From assembly GCA_000146045.2 (NCBI GenBank), contig BK006938.2, positions 128,001 to 192,000 of the forward strand: DNA of 64,000 bases, written 5' to 3'. Under the pieces are notes generated by a model, which saw nothing but the letters and a program-made list of their open reading frames with translations, ran no database searches and was not told the DNA's origin. Every line of letters starts with the position of its first letter. The stretch's first letter is position 1. Positions 53,186 to 62,923 of this stretch are shown here, one piece after another. The translations under genes and the position numbers were made by a program. Source of the stretch: TPA_inf: Saccharomyces. Its lineage: Eukaryota.

Positions 53186-55018
53186 TTAATTCTTGAATTT
53201 AACAGACCTCGTCAAACCCTTCTTGATACCTGTCTTTTCACCTTCATAGACGCCAGATTGACCACCAGAATAAACTGCACGAACCGACTTGAGTTTCTTT
53301 TGTGCCTTTTGGTATTTCTTTCTCTTCTTGACACGAGAGTTTCTGTTATCCTTGTTTCTTTTAGGCGTTAGACCCTTGTTCTTTAAAATTTGATAATTAA
53401 TGGCACGCTTACCATCACCTGAGACATTTTCAGCCAATTCCGCCAATTTTCCTTCCCTTGCAGCAATAACAGCATTCTTATGAGCCTCTTTACGAGATAT
53501 TTTCTTGTCTTGTTTACCTCTCTGAACCTGTTGATAATAATCGTTCTCGCCTTGAGTGTTGATGCTCCTAGACACAGCTTCATCTTCAGAACCGTAATCC
53601 TTATCGTCTAGGTCAGCACCATTATTATCATGCATACCACGTTTACGAGCTTCATCCAACAGACGTTGCTGCCTTTCAAATAAACGTTCCTTATATGGAA
53701 TATCATCATCACCTTTGAATCTATCCGTCTTTTTATTTTCTTGTTGATCAATTTTCGAAGTATAGAAACGCAAAGTTCTTCTACGAGCTTTTTTGTCTTG
53801 TGCGTCCACATCAGCAATCTCAGATTCAATGAAATCATCAGCTTCAGGCATTGATGATGTTTTCGGTTTAGAATGCAGACGTGATTGTGCTACGTACTCT
53901 TCAAAATCGTCAATATCAACATCTTCTTCTTCTTCTTCTTCATCGCTTTCTCTTTCTTCTTCATCAATTTCTTGCTTTTGTTTTCCTCCATCCTCTGCAT
54001 CAGAATCTTCACTGTTTTGCAACTCATTCAGCTTCTTTTCGTTAAAGGCCTCAATGTTTGCGGTTTCTTCACTTTCAGAACCATCTCCTTCATTCACATC
54101 AAAACTAGATGGCAATTCGCTGGCTTGCCTCCAAATCTCTTTTGTCGTTAAAATCTTTTCCATGACCGGATGTCCCTTCATAGATGTGAAATCTTCATTA
54201 TTATGGAGTTCGTGCAACAAGATACTATAGTAACATGATATTGTGCCTAGGTAACTTCCAAGTGCAATTAGCTTTAATTTATTGAACTCATTTTCCTCAG
54301 ATTTCTTTAATTCGTCAAACTTTGGAGCTAATTCTGTGAATTCTTTTGAAAGTGGAGCAAATTCAGGAAACATTGTCCTTAAATAGTTATCCCTTGCTTC
54401 GTCATCCATATTTAGAATATCCGTTATGGAAGTTTTAGTATCAGCCTGCTTGGTCGAGTTCTTAAATTCACCCATGTCAAATTCTTTGGCACTTTTGACC
54501 CACTCTTCTTCTTCTTCTTCATCTAAGTAATCGTTCATATTAAGTTCTTCCAGATGCTTCTTTTGTTGTCGTAAAGCTTCCTTTTCTATTTCCTTAGCAG
54601 CTTCGTCATCATCTAAATCATCAGCCCCATAATATTCTCCTTTTGTGGACCCCCAGGCATTCTCGTTGTCTAACATACCATTCTCTTCATCTTCCTCAGG
54701 AAGCTGGTCAGTTTCTAAGTTTCTACCAAATATTTTCTTATAGGCTGCAGCACCATCTAGTTCCTCTTCCTCTTCTTCTTCCTCATCTTCTCTTTCATCT
54801 ATTGACTCATCATCTTCATCCATGGCTAAGACTTCTTCCTCATCTTCGTCTTCTAACAGAGAATGGTCATCATCTTTATTACTGTCGCCAAAGGTGGATT
54901 GTCCAAGTAAAACCTTTTCCCTTTTAGAAGCAAAATCATCAACTTCGTTTAAACCATACGGATTAATCTCATCCCCAACTTCAGAGGTCTTAGTTCTGTT
55001 TGAGCCTTTGCGTACCAT
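53186..55018 (-). CDS. SAS10: SSU-processome / U3-associated protein, highly acidic (610 aa).
   Basis: MVRKGSNRTKTSEVGDEINPYGLNEVDDFASKREK… It has long Glu/Asp tracts and a C-terminal basic Sas10 domain (…KRNKDNRNSRVKKRKKYQKAQKKLKS…). ATG confirmed. Confidence 0.93.
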   Translation of the reverse strand: MVRKGSNRTKTSEVGDEINPYGLNEVDDFASKREKVLLGQSTFGDSNKDDDHSLLEDEDEEEVLAMDEDDESIDEREDEEEEEEEELDGAAAYKKIFGRNLETDQLPEEDEENGMLDNENAWGSTKGEYYGADDLDDDEAAKEIEKEALRQQKKHLEELNMNDYLDEEEEEEWVKSAKEFDMGEFKNSTKQADTKTSITDILNMDDEARDNYLRTMFPEFAPLSKEFTELAPKFDELKKSEENEFNKLKLIALGSYLGTISCYYSILLHELHNNEDFTSMKGHPVMEKILTTKEIWRQASELPSSFDVNEGDGSESEETANIEAFNEKKLNELQNSEDSDAEDGGKQKQEIDEEERESDEEEEEEDVDIDDFEEYVAQSRLHSKPKTSSMPEADDFIESEIADVDAQDKKARRRTLRFYTSKIDQQENKKTDRFKGDDDIPYKERLFERQQRLLDEARKRGMHDNNGADLDDKDYGSEDEAVSRSINTQGENDYYQQVQRGKQDKKISRKEAHKNAVIAAREGKLAELAENVSGDGKRAINYQILKNKGLTPKRNKDNRNSRVKKRKKYQKAQKKLKSVRAVYSGGQSGVYEGEKTGIKKGLTRSVKFKN

Positions 55019-55085
55019 ATTATTCTATACACCCACTCTAATATGTTTTCTCTTCCTCCAAAACTTTTTGTATAAAAGCATCAGT

Positions 55086-55135
55086 GAGATGAGCTATGAT
55101 GAGATGAGCTTCATTATTGAATTTTTTTTCATTGC
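55086..55135. promoter_or_regulatory. Cluster of three PAC-type GATGAG cores plus an RRPE-like A/T element in the SAS10/RPC53 divergent promoter (ribosome-biogenesis regulon signature).
   Basis: gaGATGAGctatGATGAGATGAGct, followed by gaattttttttcattg. Confidence 0.6.
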
Positions 55136-55342
55136 AGAAGCGCAGTTTGAAAATTTTTCATCCGCCCTGCAAAGTCCAATTTTTTGATCAGCAGAAGATA
55201 ATGACCAGAGAATTATGGTATTCAAGAGAACAATTCAAAAGAGGACAGCTAGAAAGATATTGAGGTATTTATAATTTGCTAGACTAACCGAAAGTCGAAG
55301 CGTAATCTTGTTTTTTATTAAGCGGGATAGCATTCATTAAGT

Positions 55343-56611
55343 ATGAGCAGTAATAAAGGAAATGGGCGCTTGCCATCATTAAAAGATTCCTCCTCCAATG
55401 GAGGAGGATCTGCCAAGCCCTCATTAAAGTTTAAACCAAAAGCAGTTGCAAGAAAGTCCAAGGAAGAAAGAGAAGCAGCTGCGTCCAAAGTAAAGCTAGA
55501 GGAGGAATCTAAGAGAGGTAATGACAAGAAACATTTCAATAACAAGAATAAAAGAGTAACCGGCGCTGGCGGCCAGCAAAGGCGAATGGCCAAATACTTA
55601 AATAACACACACGTTATCTCTAGCGGTCCATTGGCGGCTGGGAACTTTGTAAGTGAGAAGGGTGATTTGAGAAGAGGATTCATCAAATCAGAAGGAAGCG
55701 GGTCATCTCTTGTGCAAAAGGGCCTGGAAACTATTGACAATGGTGCTGAGAGCTCTGAGAATGAGGCAGAAGACGATGATAATGAAGGTGTAGCGTCCAA
55801 ATCTAAGAAGAAGTTCAATATGGGAAAAGAATTCGAGGCACGCAATCTCATAGAGGACGAAGATGACGGCGAAAGTGAAAAGAGCAGTGACGTCGACATG
55901 GATGACGAAGAATGGAGATCTAAACGGATTGAACAGTTATTCCCTGTGAGACCTGTCCGCGTAAGACACGAAGACGTTGAAACTGTCAAAAGAGAAATAC
56001 AAGAAGCTCTTTCAGAAAAGCCAACTCGTGAACCAACCCCCAGTGTGAAGACAGAGCCTGTCGGAACCGGATTACAATCTTATTTGGAAGAAAGAGAAAG
56101 GCAAGTCAATGAGAAACTGGCAGATCTTGGACTTGAAAAGGAGTTTCAATCGGTTGATGGGAAAGAAGCGGCCGCTGAGTTGGAATTATTAAATGCAGAT
56201 CATCAGCATATATTACGAAAACTAAAGAAAATGAATAATAAACCAGAAAGATTCATGGTATTCCAGTTACCTACTAGGTTACCAGCTTTTGAAAGACCCG
56301 CTGTGAAAGAAGAAAAAGAAGACATGGAAACCCAGGCTAGCGACCCTTCAAAGAAGAAGAAGAATATTAAAAAGAAGGACACGAAGGATGCTTTGTCTAC
56401 TAGAGAACTTGCCGGCAAGGTTGGGTCTATACGGGTTCACAAATCTGGAAAACTTTCCGTGAAAATTGGAAATGTGGTGATGGATATTGGCAAAGGTGCC
56501 GAAACCACATTTTTACAAGATGTTATAGCATTAAGTATCGCTGATGATGCATCCTCAGCGGAACTTCTAGGCCGTGTGGACGGTAAAATAGTAGTCACAC
56601 CTCAAATCTAA
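55343..56611 (+). CDS. RPC53: RNA polymerase III subunit C53 (422 aa).
   Basis: MSSNKGNGRLPSLKDSSSNGGGSAKPSLKFKPKAVARKSKEEREAAASKVKLEEESKRG… ATG at 55343. Length matches. Confidence 0.92.
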   Translation: MSSNKGNGRLPSLKDSSSNGGGSAKPSLKFKPKAVARKSKEEREAAASKVKLEEESKRGNDKKHFNNKNKRVTGAGGQQRRMAKYLNNTHVISSGPLAAGNFVSEKGDLRRGFIKSEGSGSSLVQKGLETIDNGAESSENEAEDDDNEGVASKSKKKFNMGKEFEARNLIEDEDDGESEKSSDVDMDDEEWRSKRIEQLFPVRPVRVRHEDVETVKREIQEALSEKPTREPTPSVKTEPVGTGLQSYLEERERQVNEKLADLGLEKEFQSVDGKEAAAELELLNADHQHILRKLKKMNNKPERFMVFQLPTRLPAFERPAVKEEKEDMETQASDPSKKKKNIKKKDTKDALSTRELAGKVGSIRVHKSGKLSVKIGNVVMDIGKGAETTFLQDVIALSIADDASSAELLGRVDGKIVVTPQI

Positions 56612-56924
56612 TCGCACTCGCATCTGTCGAGTATATAAATGAATATACACAGTCATAAATACTTCTAGAACAAATTACACTAATTAAGATGCTTAGATTC
56701 CCATTCAAAAGGTACTATTGACGTCTTGTCTTCTACAATTTCTCATCCTCTTTGAACATTGGTAATGTTATTCTAGTTATTGTTACCCAGTTTCGGAACT
56801 TTAGGGGAGCCACACTTTAAACAAAAAGAAGCGCCATAACCACCGTGAAGTAATGAGTATCTCACTTTGATAAGAAGACATTTAAGAACAGCCTGAAATA
56901 TCAAAATCACGGAATTATTAGGTT

Positions 56925-59918
56925 ATGGAGAGAGATGAATACCAGTTACCCAACTCTCATGGGAAGAATACTTTCTTATCGCGAATATTTGGTTTACAAT
57001 CGGATGAAGTTAATCCTTCTCTTAATAGCCAGGAGATGAGCAACTTCCCTTTACCAGACATAGAGAGAGGCTCATCTTTATTGCATTCTACTAACGACAG
57101 CCGCGAAGATGTAGATGAGAATGACTTACGTGTTCCTGAGTCTGACCAAGGCACTAGTACAGAAGAAGAGGATGAAGTAGATGAAGAGCAAGTCCAGGCG
57201 TATGCTCCACAGATTAGTGATGGATTGGATGGAGACCACCAGCTAAATTCTGTAACGAGCAAAGAAAATGTACTTGAAACGGAAAAAAGCAATTTAGAAA
57301 GACTGGTTGAAGGCTCTACCGATGATTCTGTGCCCAAAGTCGGACAGCTTTCGTCAGAAGAAGAAGAGGATAATGAGTTCATAAATAATGATGGATTTGA
57401 TGACGATACGCCCCTTTTTCAAAAAAGCAAGATTCATGAATTTAGCTCTAAGAAAAGCAATACTATAGAGGACGGTAAACGACCTTTGTTTTTCAGGCAT
57501 ATCTTACAGAATAACCGCCCTCAACGTGATACCCAAAAGCTATTTACTTCGTCGAACGCCATTCACCATGATAAGGACAAGAGTGCAAATAATGGTCCCC
57601 GTAACATTAATGGTAATCAAAAGCATGGCACTAAATACTTTGGTAGTGCTACACAACCTCGGTTTACCGGTTCGCCCTTAAATAATACAAACAGGTTCAC
57701 TAAATTGTTTCCATTAAGAAAGCCAAATTTACTGAGCAATATATCCGTTTTAAACAATACCCCGGAAGATAGAATCAATACGTTGAGCGTGAAAGAGCGG
57801 GCTCTGTGGAAATGGGCAAACGTAGAAAACCTCGATATATTTCTTCAAGATGTTTACAATTATTATCTGGGAAATGGGTTCTATTGCATCATACTGGAAA
57901 AAATATTGAATATATGCACTTTGCTTTTTGTTGTTTTTGTTTCTACATATATGGGTCACTGTGTTGACTACTCCAAATTACCGACTAGTCACCGGGTTTC
58001 GGATATTATTATCGACAAGTGTTATTCTAATAGTATAACGGGGTTCACAAAGTTTTTCCTTTGGATGTTTTATTTCTTCGTGATTCTCAAAATTGTTCAA
58101 CTCTACTTTGATGTTCAAAAATTATCAGAATTACAAAACTTTTACAAGTATCTTTTAAATATATCGGATGACGAACTTCAAACTTTGCCCTGGCAAAATG
58201 TGATACAGCAGCTAATGTACTTGAAGGATCAAAACGCTATGACGGCAAATGTTGTGGAAGTCAAAGCCAAGAATAGAATCGACGCGCATGACGTTGCCAA
58301 TAGAATCATGAGAAGAGAAAACTATCTCATAGCACTTTACAATAGCGACATCCTGAATTTATCCTTGCCTATTCCATTATTTAGGACCAACGTTCTGACA
58401 AAAACACTAGAATGGAATATTAATTTATGCGTCATGGGCTTTGTGTTCAACGAGTCCGGATTTATTAAACAAAGTATTTTAAAACCTTCTCAAAGAGAAT
58501 TCACGAGAGAAGAATTACAAAAAAGATTCATGCTGGCAGGATTTCTTAATATTATATTGGCACCATTTCTGGTCACATACTTTGTTTTGCTTTATTTTTT
58601 CAGATATTTTAATGAGTATAAAACTTCTCCTGGATCTATTGGTGCTCGTCAATACACACCAATTGCTGAATGGAAATTCCGTGAGTACAATGAACTTTAC
58701 CATATTTTTAAGAAAAGAATAAGTTTGAGCACAACCTTAGCTAACAAGTATGTTGATCAGTTCCCGAAGGAAAAGACCAATTTGTTTCTGAAATTTGTTT
58801 CCTTTATTTGTGGATCATTTGTGGCCATTTTAGCTTTTCTCACTGTATTCGATCCAGAAAACTTTTTAAACTTTGAAATCACCTCGGACAGATCTGTCAT
58901 TTTCTACATTACTATTCTGGGTGCTATATGGTCTGTAAGTAGAAATACAATAACCCAGGAGTACCATGTTTTCGACCCCGAAGAGACGCTCAAGGAGTTG
59001 TATGAATATACACACTATCTACCAAAGGAATGGGAAGGAAGATATCACAAAGAGGAAATCAAACTAGAGTTCTGTAAATTGTACAACTTGAGAATAGTAA
59101 TACTTTTGAGGGAACTCACTAGCCTGATGATAACACCGTTTGTACTTTGGTTTTCGTTGCCCTCGTCAGCCGGCAGGATTGTAGATTTCTTCAGAGAGAA
59201 TTCTGAATATGTGGACGGATTAGGTTACGTTTGCAAGTATGCTATGTTTAACATGAAAAACATAGACGGTGAAGATACACACAGCATGGATGAAGACAGT
59301 TTAACGAAAAAGATTGCCGTGAACGGAAGTCATACACTCAACAGTAAACGAAGGAGTAAATTTACCGCCGAAGACCATAGCGATAAAGATTTGGCAAATA
59401 ATAAAATGTTACAATCATATGTATATTTTATGGATGATTATTCCAACAGTGAAAACTTAACAGGGAAGTACCAATTGCCTGCAAAAAAAGGCTATCCGAA
59501 TAATGAAGGCGATTCATTTCTCAACAATAAGTATTCTTGGAGAAAGCAATTTCAGCCAGGTCAAAAGCCGGAGCTATTTAGAATAGGTAAGCATGCTCTC
59601 GGCCCTGGCCATAATATTTCCCCTGCTATATATTCTACAAGGAATCCCGGCAAGAACTGGGATAACAATAATAATGGTGATGACATTAAGAACGGGACCA
59701 ATAATGCTACAGCTAAAAATGATGACAATAATGGCAATAATGATCATGAATACGTACTAACAGAGTCTTTCCTTGATTCGGGCGCATTCCCTAATCATGA
59801 TGTAATAGACCATAATAAAATGCTAAACTCAAATTACAATGGTAATGGCATACTCAATAAGGGTGGTGTCTTAGGACTTGTTAAAGAGTATTACAAGAAG
59901 TCTGACGTCGGAAGATAA
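56925..59918 (+). CDS. ATG9: Autophagy multi-spanning membrane protein / lipid scramblase (997 aa).
   Basis: MERDEYQLPNSHGKNTFLSRIFGLQSDEVNP… The central hydrophobic core is …FYCIILEKILNICTLLFVVFVSTYMGHCVDY…. ATG at 56925. Confidence 0.95.
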   Translation: MERDEYQLPNSHGKNTFLSRIFGLQSDEVNPSLNSQEMSNFPLPDIERGSSLLHSTNDSREDVDENDLRVPESDQGTSTEEEDEVDEEQVQAYAPQISDGLDGDHQLNSVTSKENVLETEKSNLERLVEGSTDDSVPKVGQLSSEEEEDNEFINNDGFDDDTPLFQKSKIHEFSSKKSNTIEDGKRPLFFRHILQNNRPQRDTQKLFTSSNAIHHDKDKSANNGPRNINGNQKHGTKYFGSATQPRFTGSPLNNTNRFTKLFPLRKPNLLSNISVLNNTPEDRINTLSVKERALWKWANVENLDIFLQDVYNYYLGNGFYCIILEKILNICTLLFVVFVSTYMGHCVDYSKLPTSHRVSDIIIDKCYSNSITGFTKFFLWMFYFFVILKIVQLYFDVQKLSELQNFYKYLLNISDDELQTLPWQNVIQQLMYLKDQNAMTANVVEVKAKNRIDAHDVANRIMRRENYLIALYNSDILNLSLPIPLFRTNVLTKTLEWNINLCVMGFVFNESGFIKQSILKPSQREFTREELQKRFMLAGFLNIILAPFLVTYFVLLYFFRYFNEYKTSPGSIGARQYTPIAEWKFREYNELYHIFKKRISLSTTLANKYVDQFPKEKTNLFLKFVSFICGSFVAILAFLTVFDPENFLNFEITSDRSVIFYITILGAIWSVSRNTITQEYHVFDPEETLKELYEYTHYLPKEWEGRYHKEEIKLEFCKLYNLRIVILLRELTSLMITPFVLWFSLPSSAGRIVDFFRENSEYVDGLGYVCKYAMFNMKNIDGEDTHSMDEDSLTKKIAVNGSHTLNSKRRSKFTAEDHSDKDLANNKMLQSYVYFMDDYSNSENLTGKYQLPAKKGYPNNEGDSFLNNKYSWRKQFQPGQKPELFRIGKHALGPGHNISPAIYSTRNPGKNWDNNNNGDDIKNGTNNATAKNDDNNGNNDHEYVLTESFLDSGAFPNHDVIDHNKMLNSNYNGNGILNKGGVLGLVKEYYKKSDVGR

Positions 59919-60153
59919 GGCAGACTGTGTCGTGTACATCATCCAATATAACTATATATATAACTGTTTCCTTTCTTTTTCGTATTTACCTAAATGCATA
60001 TATTATTCAGTTCCCACTAATTTTGTACTACAATAATAAGAGAATCCCTTCCCTGTTTTAGAAATGAGTAGTTCTTTTCTTTTTCATAAATAATACAGTT
60101 GTCTCTGAGAAGCCTAATAAGAAAAAAAGAGGTTAATAAATTATTATTATTGG

Positions 60154-62586
60154 TTATTTCTTTCCGCCACGTAGTTTTCTTTCTCTTTCATACTTGTTTT
60201 TTTCCGCACCTTCTTCGGTATTAATAGTGTTAACAATATGAGCCATCTTTGCATGGTAGTCGCTGCTCTCCTTGTTCTTTTCTTCAATTCTTTGTCTAGC
60301 TTCAAATTTGGCGTCTTTACGGATTTCTTTCATAGTGAATTTACGTTCCTTCTTTAGTTGGGCCTTCATCTTATTTATCTCACTTCTTGTTCTATCAGGA
60401 TCGTACGATTTTTTATCAGGATTGAAGTTTTCTTCGTATTTAGGAGCATGCGTAGGTATGGATACGGGTTTGTGGTTCTGTAAAGCCAACGGAATATGTT
60501 CTGTGAATTTCGTTAATTTTTCAACTTTGTTCAAAATATTTCTTGGCTTTTCAAAATCAGAATACTTTGAGGTGTATGCACTTAATAACTGCTGAATCGG
60601 TAAAATAATTTCATTGAAAGCAGGTAAGCTCTTCCACACAGTAGAGATAGTTGCATCTAAAGATTCCATAACATTTAGTAAAACGGAGACACATTGATCA
60701 ACCGGATGTGCCTCGGTATCCATTGTTGACAAGGTATGTAATGGAATAATAGTTGATCTCTTTTTTGTAAAGTCAACGTCCAATGGAAGCCCCAACTCGT
60801 AAGAGTCTAGTCTAATATTTTCAAAATCTAATGGTTTTTCTTGATTTTCTTTCTCAACTATAAAAGTGAGTAATATTTTTTGAAAGAAGTAAACCACCTC
60901 CGGTATGTACCGTTTGGAAATGCGTTGATATTGTGAAACAATCCTTACCAAGACAGCGCCAAAAGCTATCCTCTTTAAAGAATTAAACTTGATTTGTTCC
61001 AGGAACTGGCTCATTAAAATCAATGCTGGAGTTATTACTAAATGGTACTGGTCCGAGGTGGAGAAAAGAATACCAATAATGGAAAAAAATACCAGATCAC
61101 CATTTGATAGAGCATCAAAATGGTTCTTTTTATAGCGTGCTTGCATTTCATTGATATAATCTCTACACTCCTCGGAAAGCTCTCTATTATATTTCTCTGA
61201 AAGGGATTTTAGAATTGAGATCAATGCATTTTGTGTACGTTTAAAACTTTGAACGTTTTTAAGGTAGTTTTGATTGCTTAGAAAAATGATGTGTCTCAGT
61301 AAAACAGCGGTGAATTTTCCTAACTTTTCCTTATTACCTTCAGCCAATTTTGGTTGGTAAGCTTTGATAATATTCTTAACAATCTTAGGATGATCATCTA
61401 AGTCTAATTTTTTTACTTGATCTAATAACGCATCATGAGTTCTAGGGCATGAAATGGAAATGTTCTTTTTCTTTAAAATTTGAGAAAACCCTTCATCTCT
61501 GCCTTGATCTTCAAATTTGATATCATCATCAGAATCAGCAATACCGTCATTATCGTCTTCATAGTCTTCTTCATTTTCCCAGAATCCATCATCCAAATCC
61601 TCTACTCCTCTTTCTTCGCCTTCTTCTAATTCAATCATACCGTTCATACGATCAAGACGCTGTTGTTCCAACTCCCGTTTTTTTTCTTCAGCTTCAGCGT
61701 TTTTCTCCTCTTCAGTTTTAGTTCTATCAGAGGGTGCAGCTCTTTTGTCCAATTGTAGTTCTTTCACTTTGATATCATACTCCTTATCTAGATCGGTCTT
61801 AGGTTCCATTGGATTCTTCTTGGGTTGCGTCATCATCAATTCAGACATAACATCCTCGAAATTATCATCCAGATTATCTATTTGATCTTCCATTATACCT
61901 TGAGCCTTTTGTCTTTCTTGTTTGTAAAATTTTGATTTGGCAATGACCTCTTTCATGACTTCAGCTTTGGTTTTTTTTCTTTGAGGTTGCTGTAGCTCAG
62001 CATCATCTTCATTGAATCGTTTGGAAGCTAAAAAATCCTCTTCATCATTGGCAAGCTCATCTTCTAGGGACAGCGATTGACCTAAATGTGTAAGACCGTC
62101 TCCAAACATGTCACCGTCGTCTTCATCGTCTTCAAGATTGAATAAATTTGCGTTTCTCTTTGATTGGCTTTGTCTTTCTCTGGTGAAACGTTCCAACATT
62201 TTTTCTTCTTCCGTCAACAACTTGTCTCTTTCACCAAATCTCTTATCGATCACACCACCACGTTTATTCTTCATCATTTTTCTTGCTTCAAATGCACGCT
62301 TTCTTTGTTCTTCACCGATCTGTTTAGAGATACCAGGCTTACCCACAGCAATACGATCAGCAGTTTTAGAAGGCAGACCATCTCTCCTCTTATTCCTTGC
62401 AGCCTTTATTTCAAACGGATTAAACTCTTCTCTGATTTCAGCAATGGCCTTTTTTTTTTCTTCACGATCATACTCCTTCGCTTGTCTTTTGGAATTCTTT
62501 TTATTCTTACTTTTGACGTTTGTTTGACCTGTGAGTCCACGGGCCTTCAAGGCGGCCTTTAAATTCTTAAGTTGTGAACCGGCCAT
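60154..62586 (-). CDS. NOP14: Nucleolar SSU-processome protein (810 aa).
   Basis: MAGSQLKNLKAALKARGLTGQTNVKSKNKKNSKRQAKEYDREEKKKAIAEIREEFNPFE… ATG (reverse complement 62584..62586) confirmed. Confidence 0.93.
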   Translation of the reverse strand: MAGSQLKNLKAALKARGLTGQTNVKSKNKKNSKRQAKEYDREEKKKAIAEIREEFNPFEIKAARNKRRDGLPSKTADRIAVGKPGISKQIGEEQRKRAFEARKMMKNKRGGVIDKRFGERDKLLTEEEKMLERFTRERQSQSKRNANLFNLEDDEDDGDMFGDGLTHLGQSLSLEDELANDEEDFLASKRFNEDDAELQQPQRKKTKAEVMKEVIAKSKFYKQERQKAQGIMEDQIDNLDDNFEDVMSELMMTQPKKNPMEPKTDLDKEYDIKVKELQLDKRAAPSDRTKTEEEKNAEAEEKKRELEQQRLDRMNGMIELEEGEERGVEDLDDGFWENEEDYEDDNDGIADSDDDIKFEDQGRDEGFSQILKKKNISISCPRTHDALLDQVKKLDLDDHPKIVKNIIKAYQPKLAEGNKEKLGKFTAVLLRHIIFLSNQNYLKNVQSFKRTQNALISILKSLSEKYNRELSEECRDYINEMQARYKKNHFDALSNGDLVFFSIIGILFSTSDQYHLVITPALILMSQFLEQIKFNSLKRIAFGAVLVRIVSQYQRISKRYIPEVVYFFQKILLTFIVEKENQEKPLDFENIRLDSYELGLPLDVDFTKKRSTIIPLHTLSTMDTEAHPVDQCVSVLLNVMESLDATISTVWKSLPAFNEIILPIQQLLSAYTSKYSDFEKPRNILNKVEKLTKFTEHIPLALQNHKPVSIPTHAPKYEENFNPDKKSYDPDRTRSEINKMKAQLKKERKFTMKEIRKDAKFEARQRIEEKNKESSDYHAKMAHIVNTINTEEGAEKNKYERERKLRGGKK

Positions 62587-62671
62587 GTATTTGATCTTCC
62601 CTTTTATTTGCTTCTCAACTGTACTATTTACAGTAATAATTAGTGCAACCTTCAGATGCTTCTCGCTAAAT

Positions 62672-62722
62672 GCTCATCTCTAAATTATCATTATTATTCC
62701 TAATAAATCCTAAAATTTTTCA
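62672..62722. promoter_or_regulatory. PAC-like GCTCATCT (reverse complement AGATGAGC) and RRPE TGAAAAATTTT (reverse complement of aaaatttttca) upstream of NOP14.
   Basis: The PAC-like core is at 62672..62680 and the RRPE at 62712..62722. They lie 90 to 140 bp upstream of the NOP14 start (minus strand). Confidence 0.55.
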
Positions 62723-62785
62723 CTCGTTCTGTACGGCTCATCGCCCCAATATTACCCGTCTTGTATGTGATCTTTTTGACTTTTC

Positions 62786-62794
62786 GGTGGCAAA
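62786..62794 (+). promoter_or_regulatory. PACE (proteasome-associated control element, Rpn4 site) GGTGGCAAA upstream of RPN5.
   Basis: It is a perfect 9-mer, 130 bp upstream of the RPN5 ATG. Confidence 0.7.
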
Positions 62795-62923
62795 ATGCAA
62801 AGGGGAATCCAAGGAAAAACCATAACAGGACACTACATCAGAGATAATCTTGAATTAAGAGAGTAGAGGAATATACTGCTGGGCTCACTACCATTTTTGT
62901 TGCTAGAGTAAACGTAGAGAAAG

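Noticed and set aside
53793-55187. Ser-rich 145-aa plus-strand ORF and others antisense to SAS10, including the dubious YDL152W-like 54822..55187.
   Set aside because: They are the complement of the SAS10 Glu/Asp (GAA/GAG) repeats, a composition artefact.
55318-55989. 223-aa minus-strand ORF overlapping RPC53 (dubious YDL151C/BUD30).
   Set aside because: It is antisense to a verified Pol III subunit gene. Its Ser/Leu-rich composition is the complement of the RPC53 Glu/Lys-rich codons.
62108-62562. Two plus-strand ORFs (132 to 139 aa) inside NOP14.
   Set aside because: They are antisense shadow ORFs, F/L/S-rich.
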